Shown: positions 54,405-64,000 of the stretch, in pieces
How the letters are laid out: each line of letters starts with the position of its first letter
How positions within the stretch are numbered: the first letter of the stretch is position 1
Assembly (NCBI GenBank): GCA_026391195.1
Contig: JAPLEI010000078.1
Span: 28,658-92,657, forward strand
Direction of reading: 5' to 3'
DNA length: 64,000 nucleotides
Source of the DNA: Bacteroidota bacterium
Lineage (GTDB): Bacteria; Bacteroidota; Bacteroidia; Chitinophagales; Chitinophagaceae
Translations under genes and position numbers: made by a program
Notes under the pieces: model-generated
Seen by the model: the letters and a program-made list of their open reading frames with translations, nothing else
Databases searched by the model: none
What the model was told of the DNA's origin: nothing

Positions 54405-55348
54405 TTATCGCTTATAGCGTTTAAAGAATGTCCATATAACTTCACAGGCATTCATATTTTGAGATGTTTTTCCAACAATTGCTTCTGGCAAGTATTGAAA
54501 TCCCTGCGGCCAGGTATGTCCTCCGTTGGTAATAACATAGCTTACCACTTCACTGCCGCCGGTTCCTGCGCCATAAACTCTTTGTTTAATGGTAGTACCA
54601 TCATTAGCAATATCCGGCAGGTCTGTGATTACCGGAGTGGTTGAACAGTTATTAATAGTTATCCATTTATCAACTACCTGAAAATGTGATAACACAGTAC
54701 CGCCCGCCGTTCCTCCTGCCGTCATGGCACCTCCCAAGAAAGGTACCAGCGGATCTGCAGTACCATGTATATAGATTGCGGGTACCGGCCTTCCGGGGTT
54801 GCAGGAAGGTGCTATAGTGGTTGCCTCCATAGTAGCGGCTACAACAGCAATCGCAGCAATCCGGTTACTTAGTTCACATCCTAACCGAGACGACATAAAT
54901 CCACCATTTGAAATGCCGGTAGCATATATTCGGCTGCCATCAACCGGATATTTGCTAATCATATAATCACATAACTTATTGAAGAAGCTTACATCATTAA
55001 TACCAAGTTGGTTAGGCGAAGTGGGTCTGCCATCATTCCAGTTTTTTTGGATACCGGCTGGATACACTAAAATTATCTTATCTCTTTCGGCAAGTTTTGT
55101 AAAGTTGGCAATATTTATCATGCCTTCCGGAGTACCGCTACCGCCATGAATTGCCAATATCATAGGCATTTTACCGGCTTTGTCGTATCCAGTGGGCAGA
55201 TAAACAATAAAACTCCGGTCAATGCCATCAATGGTATTGGTTACTGTAAACTGTTCACTGGGTTTATCCGCATCTGTTACGGGCGTATTAGTGCATCTTT
55301 TTTGCAGGCCAGTAATCCAAGCAATAAAACTACTATCCATTTTTTCAT
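54405..55348 (-). pseudogene. PHB-depolymerase/LpqC-type esterase lipoprotein with a frameshift between signal peptide and catalytic domain
   Basis: The catalytic ORF (54405-55340) has ILAIHGGSG and the nucleophile elbow GISNGG but no signal peptide. The ATG at 55348 in another frame encodes MKKWIVVLLLGLLACKKDALIRP followed by a stop. This is a lipoprotein signal with a lipobox. The two frames can be joined at the A6 tract (T6 on the plus strand, 55298-55303). Confidence 0.7.
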
Positions 55349-55642
55349 TCGGAAATGATTGATGAGTATATAGACCTCCTTGTTAGGGAAACGTTTAATC
55401 AGTTTTCCTATCCAGTAATTATAATTAGGGGCCTCCAAATGCCTTTCGTATGCACTTGATTGGATAAACAGTTCATTATCATTTGCTAAGCAGTTCAGTA
55501 TCCCTAATAATGATTGAGCACAAGAAACGATTATAAGGCTAAAATACCGGGGAGCACTGATTATGAAGTACTTATAATTTTACAGCCAAGCCCTACCATC
55601 CAATTGCACAAAATCAAGTAATTTTCTAGCTAAAATAGCTAT

Positions 55643-56428
55643 ATGCATACCGTGTATTATGTGGGCGACTGGGCCGTACTTACCGGACCCGTTTTTGCTG
55701 AAACGCCTTTTCATCATAGTCCTAAAGGACTCGAAATATTTAACTACGGAGTTTGGCTGAAAGAAGCGCTTGAAAAGGATCCGGCCTATCAGGTTAATTC
55801 AGTACCTGCCTGGGATTTTTATAATAATTTGGGCCCGGGTGATTATGAAAAAATATTGGAAGACTATAGTCTGATTGTTTTTAGTGATGTAGATGCCAAA
55901 TTATTTCAGCTATCGCCCAAATTTTTTGATCGAAGTAAATTTGGCAAAGAAGTGCTTACTTTTCCCGACCGAATTCGCCTATCGGTTGAACATGCGAAAG
56001 CGGGAGGCAGATATATGTTTTTAGGAGGATGGTATTCCTTTACCGGCGAGTTGGGAAAAGGCGGTTGGGGTAGAACCCGCCTTGCCGAAATGTTGCCCGT
56101 AAAGTGTATGGATTATGAAGATCTGGTAGAAACTACGGAAGGCTTTACTATGGAAATTACCGAAGAGGGAAAAAGGATTTGTCCATCATTAGATCTTTCA
56201 GGTTGTCCGCCAATTCTGGGATATAATAAAACTTTTGTAAAAGATAATGCAACCGTTATCGCCCGTTTTCGTGAAACCGGCGACCCTGCTATTGTTATCT
56301 GGGATATTGAAAAAGGAAAAGTGCTTGCGTATACCTCCGATCCGAGCCCACACTGGGGATGCAATTTTGTTTTTTGGGACGGATATGCTGCTTTCTGGCA
56401 ATCGCTGGCGCAATTGGTTTTATCATGA
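55643..56428 (+). CDS. cytoplasmic class-I glutamine-amidotransferase-like fold protein (DUF1355-like)
   Basis: 261 aa with no signal peptide. The family guess is from overall sequence feel only. Its stop overlaps the GH20 start (ATGA). Confidence 0.4.
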   Translation: MHTVYYVGDWAVLTGPVFAETPFHHSPKGLEIFNYGVWLKEALEKDPAYQVNSVPAWDFYNNLGPGDYEKILEDYSLIVFSDVDAKLFQLSPKFFDRSKFGKEVLTFPDRIRLSVEHAKAGGRYMFLGGWYSFTGELGKGGWGRTRLAEMLPVKCMDYEDLVETTEGFTMEITEEGKRICPSLDLSGCPPILGYNKTFVKDNATVIARFRETGDPAIVIWDIEKGKVLAYTSDPSPHWGCNFVFWDGYAAFWQSLAQLVLS

Positions 56429-58584
56429 GAAGAATCGGAATTGTAATAGGATGTATGTTCACATGGATAGGGGTGTTTGCCCAAACGCCTGATCTTATGC
56501 CCTTGCCTGCGAAGTATTCACTAAATACTACATCCTGCAGAATCACGAATCGCTTTTCCATTTCTATACAGGGCAATGCCGATAGTAGAATGTATTCGGA
56601 GGCTTCAAGATTTTTTCAGAGACTTTCGGAGCGTACCGGAATATTTTTTCCAACCTGGCGCGTAACGCCTACTTCAAAATATTCGAGTGGCGGGTTACAA
56701 ATTCAAGTACTTCGAACAGGGCAACTCGTGTTAGGGGAAGATGAGTCGTACCAGCTTCAGGTAGTTGATTCCGGCATACTCATAAAGGCGAATACAGATA
56801 TAGGTGCTATACGGGCATTGGAAACTCTATTACAATTACTCGGGTCTGATACTAAGGGATATTTTTTTCGCGGAGCTAATATCGAAGATGCGCCCAGGTT
56901 TCCCTGGAGGGGATTGCTGATTTCGCAACCCTATCACTTTATGCCCATGGACGTGATCAAACGGACGCTGGATGCAATGGCGGCTGTAAAGATGAACGTA
57001 TTGCATTTTTATATAAGTGATGATCAGGGGTATCGCATCGAATCGAAAGTGTATCCAAAGTTACATGAGATGGCTTCGGAGGGACAGTATTTTACGCATG
57101 CGCAGGTTAAAGAAATGATTGCCTACGCGCATCAGCGGGGAATTCGGGTGATTCCGGAAGTAGACCTGCCAGGGCATTCTACTGCAATCCTGTATGCTTA
57201 TCCGCACCTGGCTTCTATTAAGCGGGACTATACTTTACAAGATCATTGGGGAGTATTTGATCCTACTATTGATCCTACCAAAGAGCGTACCTATATTTTT
57301 CTCGACTCTTTATTAACAGAGGTCGCCTCCTTATTTCCGGATGCCTATTTTCATATTGGGGGAGATGAGAACACGGGTCGCGACTGGCAGCGTAATCCAG
57401 ACATCCGTAAGTTTATGAAGGATCGCGGTTTAGCAACCAATCTGGCTTTGCAGAATTATTTCAATCGCCGGGTGATGGGAATTTTAAAAAAATGCGGAAA
57501 AACAGCCATCGGATGGGATGAGGTATTGATGCGGGAATTAGATGATTCGGTAGCGAAGAAATATTTTGAAGAAGAAAACTTTTCAAAATTAATTGAGCCG
57601 AATGTTCCCAAAGATCTGGTAATACAATCCTGGCGAGGTATGGAAGCATTGATTTCTTCCGCAAGAAATGGATACAAGAGTATTTTATCCAAAGGGTACT
57701 ATATCGATCTGGTGCAACCGGCATCCTATCATTATCTAACCGATCCGGTACCTTATCGGAATGATGTAATTATTCCGGATAGCGAAGCTAACCTGAATAG
57801 ATTCGAATCGGAGATAATTAAAAAATTAAAGAAAGGAATTCGCTTGCTTTCCGAAGAGCAGGAAAAGATGATATTAGGAGGGGAAGCTACGATGTGGACA
57901 GAGCATGTAACGGCAGAAACCATAGATTCCCGTATCTGGCCTCGCACAGCTGCAATAGCTGAGCGATTGTGGTCGCCTCCTCAGATAAGAGATGTCGCGG
58001 ATATGTATCGGAGGATGGATATTATTTCGGTGCAGCTGGAGTTTTTAGGGAGTACGCATATCAAAAACACAGCCATGTTATTACGAAGGCTGGCCAACCA
58101 GCAAGAGGTATCCTGTTTGCAATCGGTAGTGCAGTATCTGGAGCCCGTGCAAGGGTATCAGCGAAATCAGCAAAATAATTTTACCCGTTTTTCTCCGTAC
58201 ACATTGATGGCTGATATTGCCGTTCCCGACCAAAAAGCCGTGCGGGATTTAACAAAACGATTTAGTGAATATGCAAAAGCCAAAGACACTGTGTGGAAAA
58301 AGGAAGTCCGCCAATTATTAAGGGAGTGGATTGATAATGATTATGCTGTGCAACAACTTGCCGCTCCTATTCCCGCGTTAGCAGATATTGCTGCACATTC
58401 AACCCGCTTGCGTGCGCTGGCATCAATGGGGTTAGAAGTATTGTCTTCCCCTAACCTAAAGGCAACGAATATAGGTGATTGGCAAAAAAAGTTGCAGGAT
58501 GCAGCAATCCCGATTGGACATTGCGAATTAAAAGTAGTGGAGCCGCTTAGGAAATTATTAAGTAATCAATATCCCAATAATTAG
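56425..58584 (+). CDS. GH20 beta-N-acetylhexosaminidase, secreted
   Basis: Signal peptide starts at the ATG at 56425. It has the motifs EVDLPGHS and FHIGGDE (catalytic D-E). Confidence 0.9.
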   Translation: MRRIGIVIGCMFTWIGVFAQTPDLMPLPAKYSLNTTSCRITNRFSISIQGNADSRMYSEASRFFQRLSERTGIFFPTWRVTPTSKYSSGGLQIQVLRTGQLVLGEDESYQLQVVDSGILIKANTDIGAIRALETLLQLLGSDTKGYFFRGANIEDAPRFPWRGLLISQPYHFMPMDVIKRTLDAMAAVKMNVLHFYISDDQGYRIESKVYPKLHEMASEGQYFTHAQVKEMIAYAHQRGIRVIPEVDLPGHSTAILYAYPHLASIKRDYTLQDHWGVFDPTIDPTKERTYIFLDSLLTEVASLFPDAYFHIGGDENTGRDWQRNPDIRKFMKDRGLATNLALQNYFNRRVMGILKKCGKTAIGWDEVLMRELDDSVAKKYFEEENFSKLIEPNVPKDLVIQSWRGMEALISSARNGYKSILSKGYYIDLVQPASYHYLTDPVPYRNDVIIPDSEANLNRFESEIIKKLKKGIRLLSEEQEKMILGGEATMWTEHVTAETIDSRIWPRTAAIAERLWSPPQIRDVADMYRRMDIISVQLEFLGSTHIKNTAMLLRRLANQQEVSCLQSVVQYLEPVQGYQRNQQNNFTRFSPYTLMADIAVPDQKAVRDLTKRFSEYAKAKDTVWKKEVRQLLREWIDNDYAVQQLAAPIPALADIAAHSTRLRALASMGLEVLSSPNLKATNIGDWQKKLQDAAIPIGHCELKVVEPLRKLLSNQYPNN

Positions 58585-58919
58585 GGGGAATTCTTTTTTG
58601 GCTTCGGACAAACCAGCCCATACGAATGTGTGATCAGTTCCCGAATCAGATGTGGCGGAATGGTTCCGTTTAGCAGAATCGTATTCCAGTGTTTTTTATT
58701 CATATGATAGCCAGGGAGGATATCTTTATATTCTTCGCGAAGGGAAATGGCTCTTTCCGTATCGCATTTGGCATTGAATTGAAGTGGGATGCTATTCAGG
58801 GAAATAGCGAGAAACATTTTCGCTTTTACTTTTAATACCAGCACATTTTCTCCGAATGGAAAGGATTCTTCTACTTCCGGCATAGAAAGGGTAAAATCGA
58901 GTAACTCACCGATGTTCAT
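58581..58919 (-). CDS. MmcQ/YjbR-family protein
   Basis: 112 aa with the characteristic motif GYHMNKKHWNTI. Confidence 0.8.
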   Translation of the reverse strand: MNIGELLDFTLSMPEVEESFPFGENVLVLKVKAKMFLAISLNSIPLQFNAKCDTERAISLREEYKDILPGYHMNKKHWNTILLNGTIPPHLIRELITHSYGLVCPKPKKNSP

Positions 58920-58933
58920 ATACGGCTAAAGTA

Positions 58934-59677
58934 TCACAAATTTGCAATCCACAAATAGGTAGCAGCATCTTTGCCCCAATTTTTAATTCCCTTTGCCAAT
59001 TCTTTATTAATATCTGCCCACAAAACTACCTTTTTTGATTTGTTGGTGGCTTTAGGGATGTTAATCGGCGTGCTTTCAACTTTGGTAGCAAACCAGGTAC
59101 TAGCCAATCTGGGGATAGCCAATCCCAGAATCATACCTGGCAGCCCATTGAAGTTTTCTGGTCCCCCTTTTACCGTTATTTGGTCGGTATAAAAAGCCAC
59201 TACCACCACCGAGTCGCAAATTTTGGTGATTGCTTTTTTACATTCAAATCCTGCAATCTCCCGTACCTCTCCCGTTATCTTCCATTCAAATTTCTTAATA
59301 CTATCCGAGAGCGTGTATGAGGTTTCAAATACATTCCGAATCATCAAAGTATTATTCGTTGCAAAATTTTGCATCACGAAGTTAGACTCGTTTGGTTTTA
59401 GGTTATCGTACATGTATTTATTATCTGTATTTTCTTTGCTCAGATGATAATTAGATAGCATCGGGGTAAACTCGAGCGTATATTGGTCAACTAATACTTT
59501 GCTCATTACTTTCTTCATTTCCTCCTCCCAAAATTTCACTTCGTCGTTGTCTTGTTTGTTGATATTGAATTGACTTATACGTCGCTCATAGGTTATTTTA
59601 CCTTCGGATATAAAAATGGCCTGCCCGGTTGCAATAAACGAACTAAAAAGTGTTATTATTAGAAATATGTTTTTCAT
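58934..59677 (-). CDS. GLPGLI-family protein
   Basis: Signal peptide plus the family-defining motif GLPGMILGL. Confidence 0.85.
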   Translation of the reverse strand: MKNIFLIITLFSSFIATGQAIFISEGKITYERRISQFNINKQDNDEVKFWEEEMKKVMSKVLVDQYTLEFTPMLSNYHLSKENTDNKYMYDNLKPNESNFVMQNFATNNTLMIRNVFETSYTLSDSIKKFEWKITGEVREIAGFECKKAITKICDSVVVVAFYTDQITVKGGPENFNGLPGMILGLAIPRLASTWFATKVESTPINIPKATNKSKKVVLWADINKELAKGIKNWGKDAATYLWIANL

Positions 59678-59701
59678 TGCTAGTATTAATAGAGGTTACC
59701 A

Positions 59702-62497
59702 TTACCAAAAACTGGTAGGCTTACCATTTTTTGAAAAGTTATAAATAAGACTAAATAGTACAAACCGCCGAATACCATTATTGGTAGTTTCGGAAATAAA
59801 ATTGCTGGAGATGTTTCTGTTTATAAATGCATTTTGGTTTAAAACATCATAGGCAAAAATTTTACATTCAAATGCGTCTGATTTCCCAAATACTTTTCGG
59901 ATAGAAGGGCTTACAATATATACATTCCGTTGGTTAGGGAATGTAGCTGATTTCTAATACAAAGTAGCATCTAGATTAACAGCAAAATAGGTTTTCACTT
60001 TTTTAAATGAAAGCTCGAGATTGCCGTTTGATTCGTACGACCAATAGTTCGTTTGAATTTCGGGTCGGATACTAGAAACCGTTTTTCTATTATTCGCGCT
60101 CAAACGCCAGTAAAATGATAAAGCCCCTTCCCCATAGTGATTAAGGCTGATGGAGTAACTGGAGCTGTTATTATCATTAATATTTTCGATTCCATTCAAA
60201 ATATTAATATATCTATTAAAGTTTTTGTTAATTCCTACACCGCCGTTTAAGCCTTCAAATAGCTCCCTATCAAAGAAAAATCCTGCACCATAGCTATAAT
60301 TTCCGTTCACATTTACATATTGACTTACCCTTCTTCCAAGAGAGTCTATCGTGTTACTGGTAGTGATATCGCTAATTGTGTTTGCGTAATTCGCATTAAA
60401 GCTGATATATCTGCTCTTGAGCACTTTATAGTCGGATGCATTCAGTGAGAATCGGTTTTCAAATGATTGTTGCAGATTTGGATTGCCGATAGTAATGTTC
60501 AGCGGATCGGCATTGTTAATCAGGGGTTGAATTTGCTGAAGTTTGGGGTTCTCCGTTTGTCCATTGTAATTAAAGCTGATGCGTCTTTGTTGTTTTGGGG
60601 TATAGTTTATCTGAAGGCTCGGAATAAAGTTGTTAAATGAAATGGCGCGGGTTGCTCCGGAGAGTTGGTCTTTCATATTATATCGGGCAACACCAAATCC
60701 AGACCCAACCACATAGTTTAGCTTTTTATCGGCGTGTCGAAAATTTATGGATCCTGAATTGTTGAGTGTGTTATATACAAAATGGTTACTTAACGAATCA
60801 ACCAATTGTGCGGGATCATATTTTGTTCCTGGGTTAGAGGAAGGTTTAAATTGATCGTAGGTGAATTGTTTAGCATCATTTCGTGCTATTACCAAACCAT
60901 ACTTGAAAAGTAAAAAGTTTTTTGCACTGATGGGTTCGGTATAAATAATATCTGCATTTGCAGAGGAGGTTTGCAGATTGCCTTCTTTTAGTTGATTAAA
61001 GCTATCGCTTCGAAAGCGGAAGCCCGAAAAATCAAAAAAGTCGTTTTCTGCAAGTAAGGTTCCATCTTGCAGTTTATTATTTATTCTCCAGTTGGTATTA
61101 AATGAAATAGTTCTCCCCTTTTTTGCATATTTTTTTCGATAGCTAATAGTGCCTAGCATAGATTTTTCATCCTCTTGAAGGGTACTTGACCGGGTTGTTT
61201 GATTGATTTTATTTCCTAGTTCTCCTGAGGTTATACCCGAATAATCAATAGATACATGACCCATGGTATTTGATAGGCTAACGTCTAATTTCAGTAATCC
61301 TGTACTGTCTGTTCCCCACTGATTTATGCTATGTGCACTCACTCTTTTTCTATCGCTTATTTGTTTATTTTCCGTATTGGAAATCAGTGCAGAGTCTTCT
61401 AAAATTGTTTTGGTATACTCTGTTCCCAGTGAATTTGTTTGCAGCCTTTGATATTGGGCGGTATTATTGGTGGAACGATTTTTCCATTTGTTAGAAAACA
61501 GCGCACCTATTTTTTGTTGATTAGGCAGACCGTTATTGGATTCAAAATCGCCACCCCCTGAAAAGTACATACTAATGCCACCATCATCATTTATTTCAGT
61601 TGTCATTCCACCTCCATCGGCATAATTTTGTCTTTCTTCCCAATTAAGGGCTTCATAACTTGTATTATCAGAAGTAATATACCCGGCTATTTTTCTTTTA
61701 CCCTTAAATGCGTTTGCGAGTATCTTGCCATTACTATATTGTTTAAAATCGTTCCCCAATTCTGCCTTTCCAAAATAGCCATTCTTTTTATCTTCTTTTA
61801 ATTGCAAATTGATTGTTTTCGATTTTACGCCATCATCAATTCCGGTAAATGCCGCCTGGTCTGATTTTTTATCAAATACCTGTACTTTGTCAATGATGTC
61901 GGCCCGCAGGTTTTTGGTAACCACTGCTGGGTCGTCGCTGAAAAACTCTTCTCCATCTACCAATAACTTGTTTACTTTTTCTCCTTGGGCTTTAATTTCT
62001 CCTTTCGAATTTACCTGAATGCCGGGTAAGTGCTTTAATAGTTCCTGTACATCTGCATTGGGCCCTACCCGAAAACTATCTGCTCTATATTCTGTGGTGT
62101 CACCTTTTATCCGAATAGCCGATACGTTATTGCGTACGATTACTTCCTTTAATACGTGTGACTTTGTGTTAAGGTAAATTTTATTTAAATCGAGATCTTT
62201 ATCGGCTTGTACTTTATCTATAAAGTCGGCATATTGGGGATAAGACACCATTACAATATATGTTCCGACTATTATATTCGAAAATTGGAATTTCCCTTCT
62301 TTGTCTGTTCGGGTGGAAGAAAGTAGCACGGAGTCTTTGGCCCGCAGGAGATTTACCGTTGCATTTGTAAGACTGATTTTTACGGTAGTATCCTGAATTT
62401 GTCCTTTAAGCACGATGGTGGTTTGTGCGAAACCCGCTTTTGTAAACAGGCACAATAACCAAACTCCCATTATGTGTAGGATTGTAGATTTAAGCAA
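59702..62497 (-). pseudogene. outer-membrane beta-barrel (TonB-dependent-receptor-like, CarboxypepD_reg N-domain) gene interrupted by an in-frame TAG at 59954-59956
   Basis: The 847-aa ORF ends at a TAG. The same frame continues for 83 sense codons to a TAA at 59702-59704 and ends ...NGKPTSFW, a C-terminal aromatic residue typical of OMPs. The N-terminus reads TIVLKGQIQDTTVKISLTNATVNL (CarboxypepD_reg-like). Confidence 0.75.
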
Positions 62498-62754
62498 GTA
62501 GTTTAGTTTTATTGAAAGTAAGCTTTACACATATATAAAAGCAAATTGGTATGTTAATTACCTTGTATTTTAAATTTTTTAACAACTTGTTTAAGAGTTG
62601 GCAATGCAATACAACAGAATATTCAGGAACCAAAAAATTCAACTGCAACGAATGCCTGGCAAAGTATAATTCTTGTGCATTTTATTGCTGGCCTTTCTAA
62701 ATAAGGCATTCATAAAGTAGTTAGGTCAGAAAGGAAGAATACGTGATTGCTGGC

Positions 62755-63114
62755 TTATTTTTCAGTAATCACTATTTTGTATATGCTGTAGGAATGAAAT
62801 AAAGCAATAAGTAAGTTACTTATAATTACTGGGTTGGATAAAGTACCCACCATAATAGGGCTTAAAACCTTATAAACCACTTGCACAGATAAAAGAGCCA
62901 TAACAAATTTAGGGTCAAATTTAAATAATAGTACTGCAGAAAATAGTAGAATGGCTAGGTAGATAGAAAGAAGAATTCCTCTTGCCGGTGTTTCTATACC
63001 ATAAGAATATACTGCCCAATTTGCTTTTAGAAATAATCCAGTACATACGGGAATTAAAACAAGTAGGTTAAGTAAAAGGGATAATTTAGGAAATAGCATG
63101 TTTTTTAAATTCAT
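62755..63114 (-). CDS. small hypothetical membrane protein (4 TM)
   Basis: 119 aa, almost entirely hydrophobic helices. No motif recognised. Confidence 0.4.
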   Translation of the reverse strand: MNLKNMLFPKLSLLLNLLVLIPVCTGLFLKANWAVYSYGIETPARGILLSIYLAILLFSAVLLFKFDPKFVMALLSVQVVYKVLSPIMVGTLSNPVIISNLLIALFHSYSIYKIVITEK

Positions 63115-63238
63115 GATTAAAGAAGTAAAAGTGACAGATTAAAAATACACTATAATTGAATTTAACCACTAACAATAGTAAGCTTTTTAAAAGTTTAAAA
63201 AATAAATTCATTAAAATTAAAATTGTATTTTTGTGTGA

Positions 63239-63955
63239 ATGAAGAAGGCTATCATTATAGGCGCAACTAGTGGAATTGGGAAAGCAGTAGCAGAAATCCT
63301 TTTGCAGGAAGGGTATCTAGTAGGTGTTACTGGTAGGCGGGAAGACTTATTCGCAGCAATGCAGCAACAATTTTCGGGGAGGATTTTTTGTAAAAAAATG
63401 GATGTTCAGGAGCTATTAACTCTTGCGTCAATTTGTAATGAACTGGTTAATCAGATGGGGGGCATGGATTTATTAGTTATTTCGGCGGGGATTGGTGAAG
63501 GAAATAAGCAGTTGGATTTTGAAATTGAAAATGATGTTATTCAAACTAATATTCAAGGCTTTACTTGTATCGCCGACTGGGGCACTAGCTTTTTTAAAAA
63601 ACAGGGGTATGGCCATCTTGTAAACATTAGTTCTATTGCCGGAATTAGAGGAAATGGACTTGCTCCCTCCTATAATGCTACAAAGGCCTATCAAATCAAT
63701 TACCTAGAAGGGTTGCGATTAAATACAATAAAGTCAGGTTATGATATCACCGTAACGGATGTTCGTCCAGGCTTTGTGGATACTGCTATGGCGAAGGGCA
63801 ACGGGCTATTTTGGGTAGCACCCGTTAAAAAAGCCGCTGAACAAATAGTTGAAGCCATCAAACGAAAAAAAGGGGTGGTTTATATCACAAAGAGATGGGG
63901 ATTAATTGGGTATGTTTTAAAAATAATTCCTTTTTCAATCCTTAGAAGGGTATAA
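63239..63955 (+). CDS. short-chain dehydrogenase/reductase (SDR)
   Basis: Cofactor motif GATSGIGKA and catalytic motif YNATKAY. The protein is 238 aa. Confidence 0.85.
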   Translation: MKKAIIIGATSGIGKAVAEILLQEGYLVGVTGRREDLFAAMQQQFSGRIFCKKMDVQELLTLASICNELVNQMGGMDLLVISAGIGEGNKQLDFEIENDVIQTNIQGFTCIADWGTSFFKKQGYGHLVNISSIAGIRGNGLAPSYNATKAYQINYLEGLRLNTIKSGYDITVTDVRPGFVDTAMAKGNGLFWVAPVKKAAEQIVEAIKRKKGVVYITKRWGLIGYVLKIIPFSILRRV

Positions 63956-63959
63956 TTGA

Positions 63960-63998
63960 AAAAGGGCATACTATCGAAGTATACCCTTTTACCTTTTT
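63960..63998 (+). terminator. Rho-independent terminator after the SDR gene
   Basis: AAAAGGGCATACT-atcga-AGTATACCCTTTT (one mismatch) followed by ACCTTTTT. Confidence 0.7.
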
Positions 63999-64000
63999 AT

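Noticed and set aside
55349-55579. 77-codon stop-free stretch on the minus strand running into the esterase signal-peptide ATG
   Set aside because: It has no ATG, no convincing alternative start and no recognisable motif, so I treat it as chance or degraded sequence. It may be worth a BLASTX if the esterase junction is studied.
1-64000. tRNA, rRNA, transposase, integrase or prophage genes
   Set aside because: I scanned for T-arm-like GGTTCGAAT/GTTCAAATC motifs and for DDE, tyrosine-recombinase or phage-like ORFs and found none. Only Infernal/tRNAscan could formally exclude small RNAs.

Overview
This 64-kb chromosomal segment has the gene content of a Bacteroidota genome, probably Chitinophagaceae/Sphingobacteriia-like. 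The markers are a SusC/SusD pair, a T9SS type-B C-terminal sorting domain, GLPGLI and DUF1573 proteins, and membrane-anchored AraC regulators. I call about 55 protein-coding genes. By eye I found no rRNA, tRNA, CRISPR array, transposase or integrase.

Main blocks:
- 0.2-9.1 kb: redox and envelope genes (thioredoxin, rhodanese, GH3, OmpA-like, PhyH dioxygenase, ceramidase-like, DUF853 ATPase, L,D-transpeptidase).
- 9.1-11.6 kb: operon of three secreted proteins of unknown function.
- 17.4-29.4 kb: SusC/SusD followed by a VCBS/ASPIC lipoprotein, a PAP2/vanadium-haloperoxidase-like protein and a T9SS adhesin. It has no CAZyme and no regulator.
- 29.4-36.4 kb: beta-glucan genes (GH16, GH9, GH3) interrupted by a membrane trio.
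- 39.9-44.7 kb: membrane AraC, TonB-dependent receptor and histidine decarboxylase.
- 47.9-49.6 kb: arsR-arsM-arsC operon with a 28-bp palindromic operator and no efflux pump.
- 50.5-64 kb: mixed accessory genes (YdeI-CDGSH fusion, HxlR/DoxX, GH20, GLPGLI plus OMP barrel, SDR).

Four reading-frame lesions not visible in the ORF track were found by hand translation:
- an in-frame TAG 83 codons before the end of the OMP barrel gene;
- a frameshift at an A6 tract that detaches the lipoprotein signal peptide of an esterase;
- a 30-codon stub of a flavodoxin-like NAD(P)H reductase;
- a frameshift in the permease fragment at the left edge.

These lesions could be genuine gene decay, phase variation or assembly errors, and read-level data are needed to decide. 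All family assignments rest on motif recognition from memory. No database search was run.
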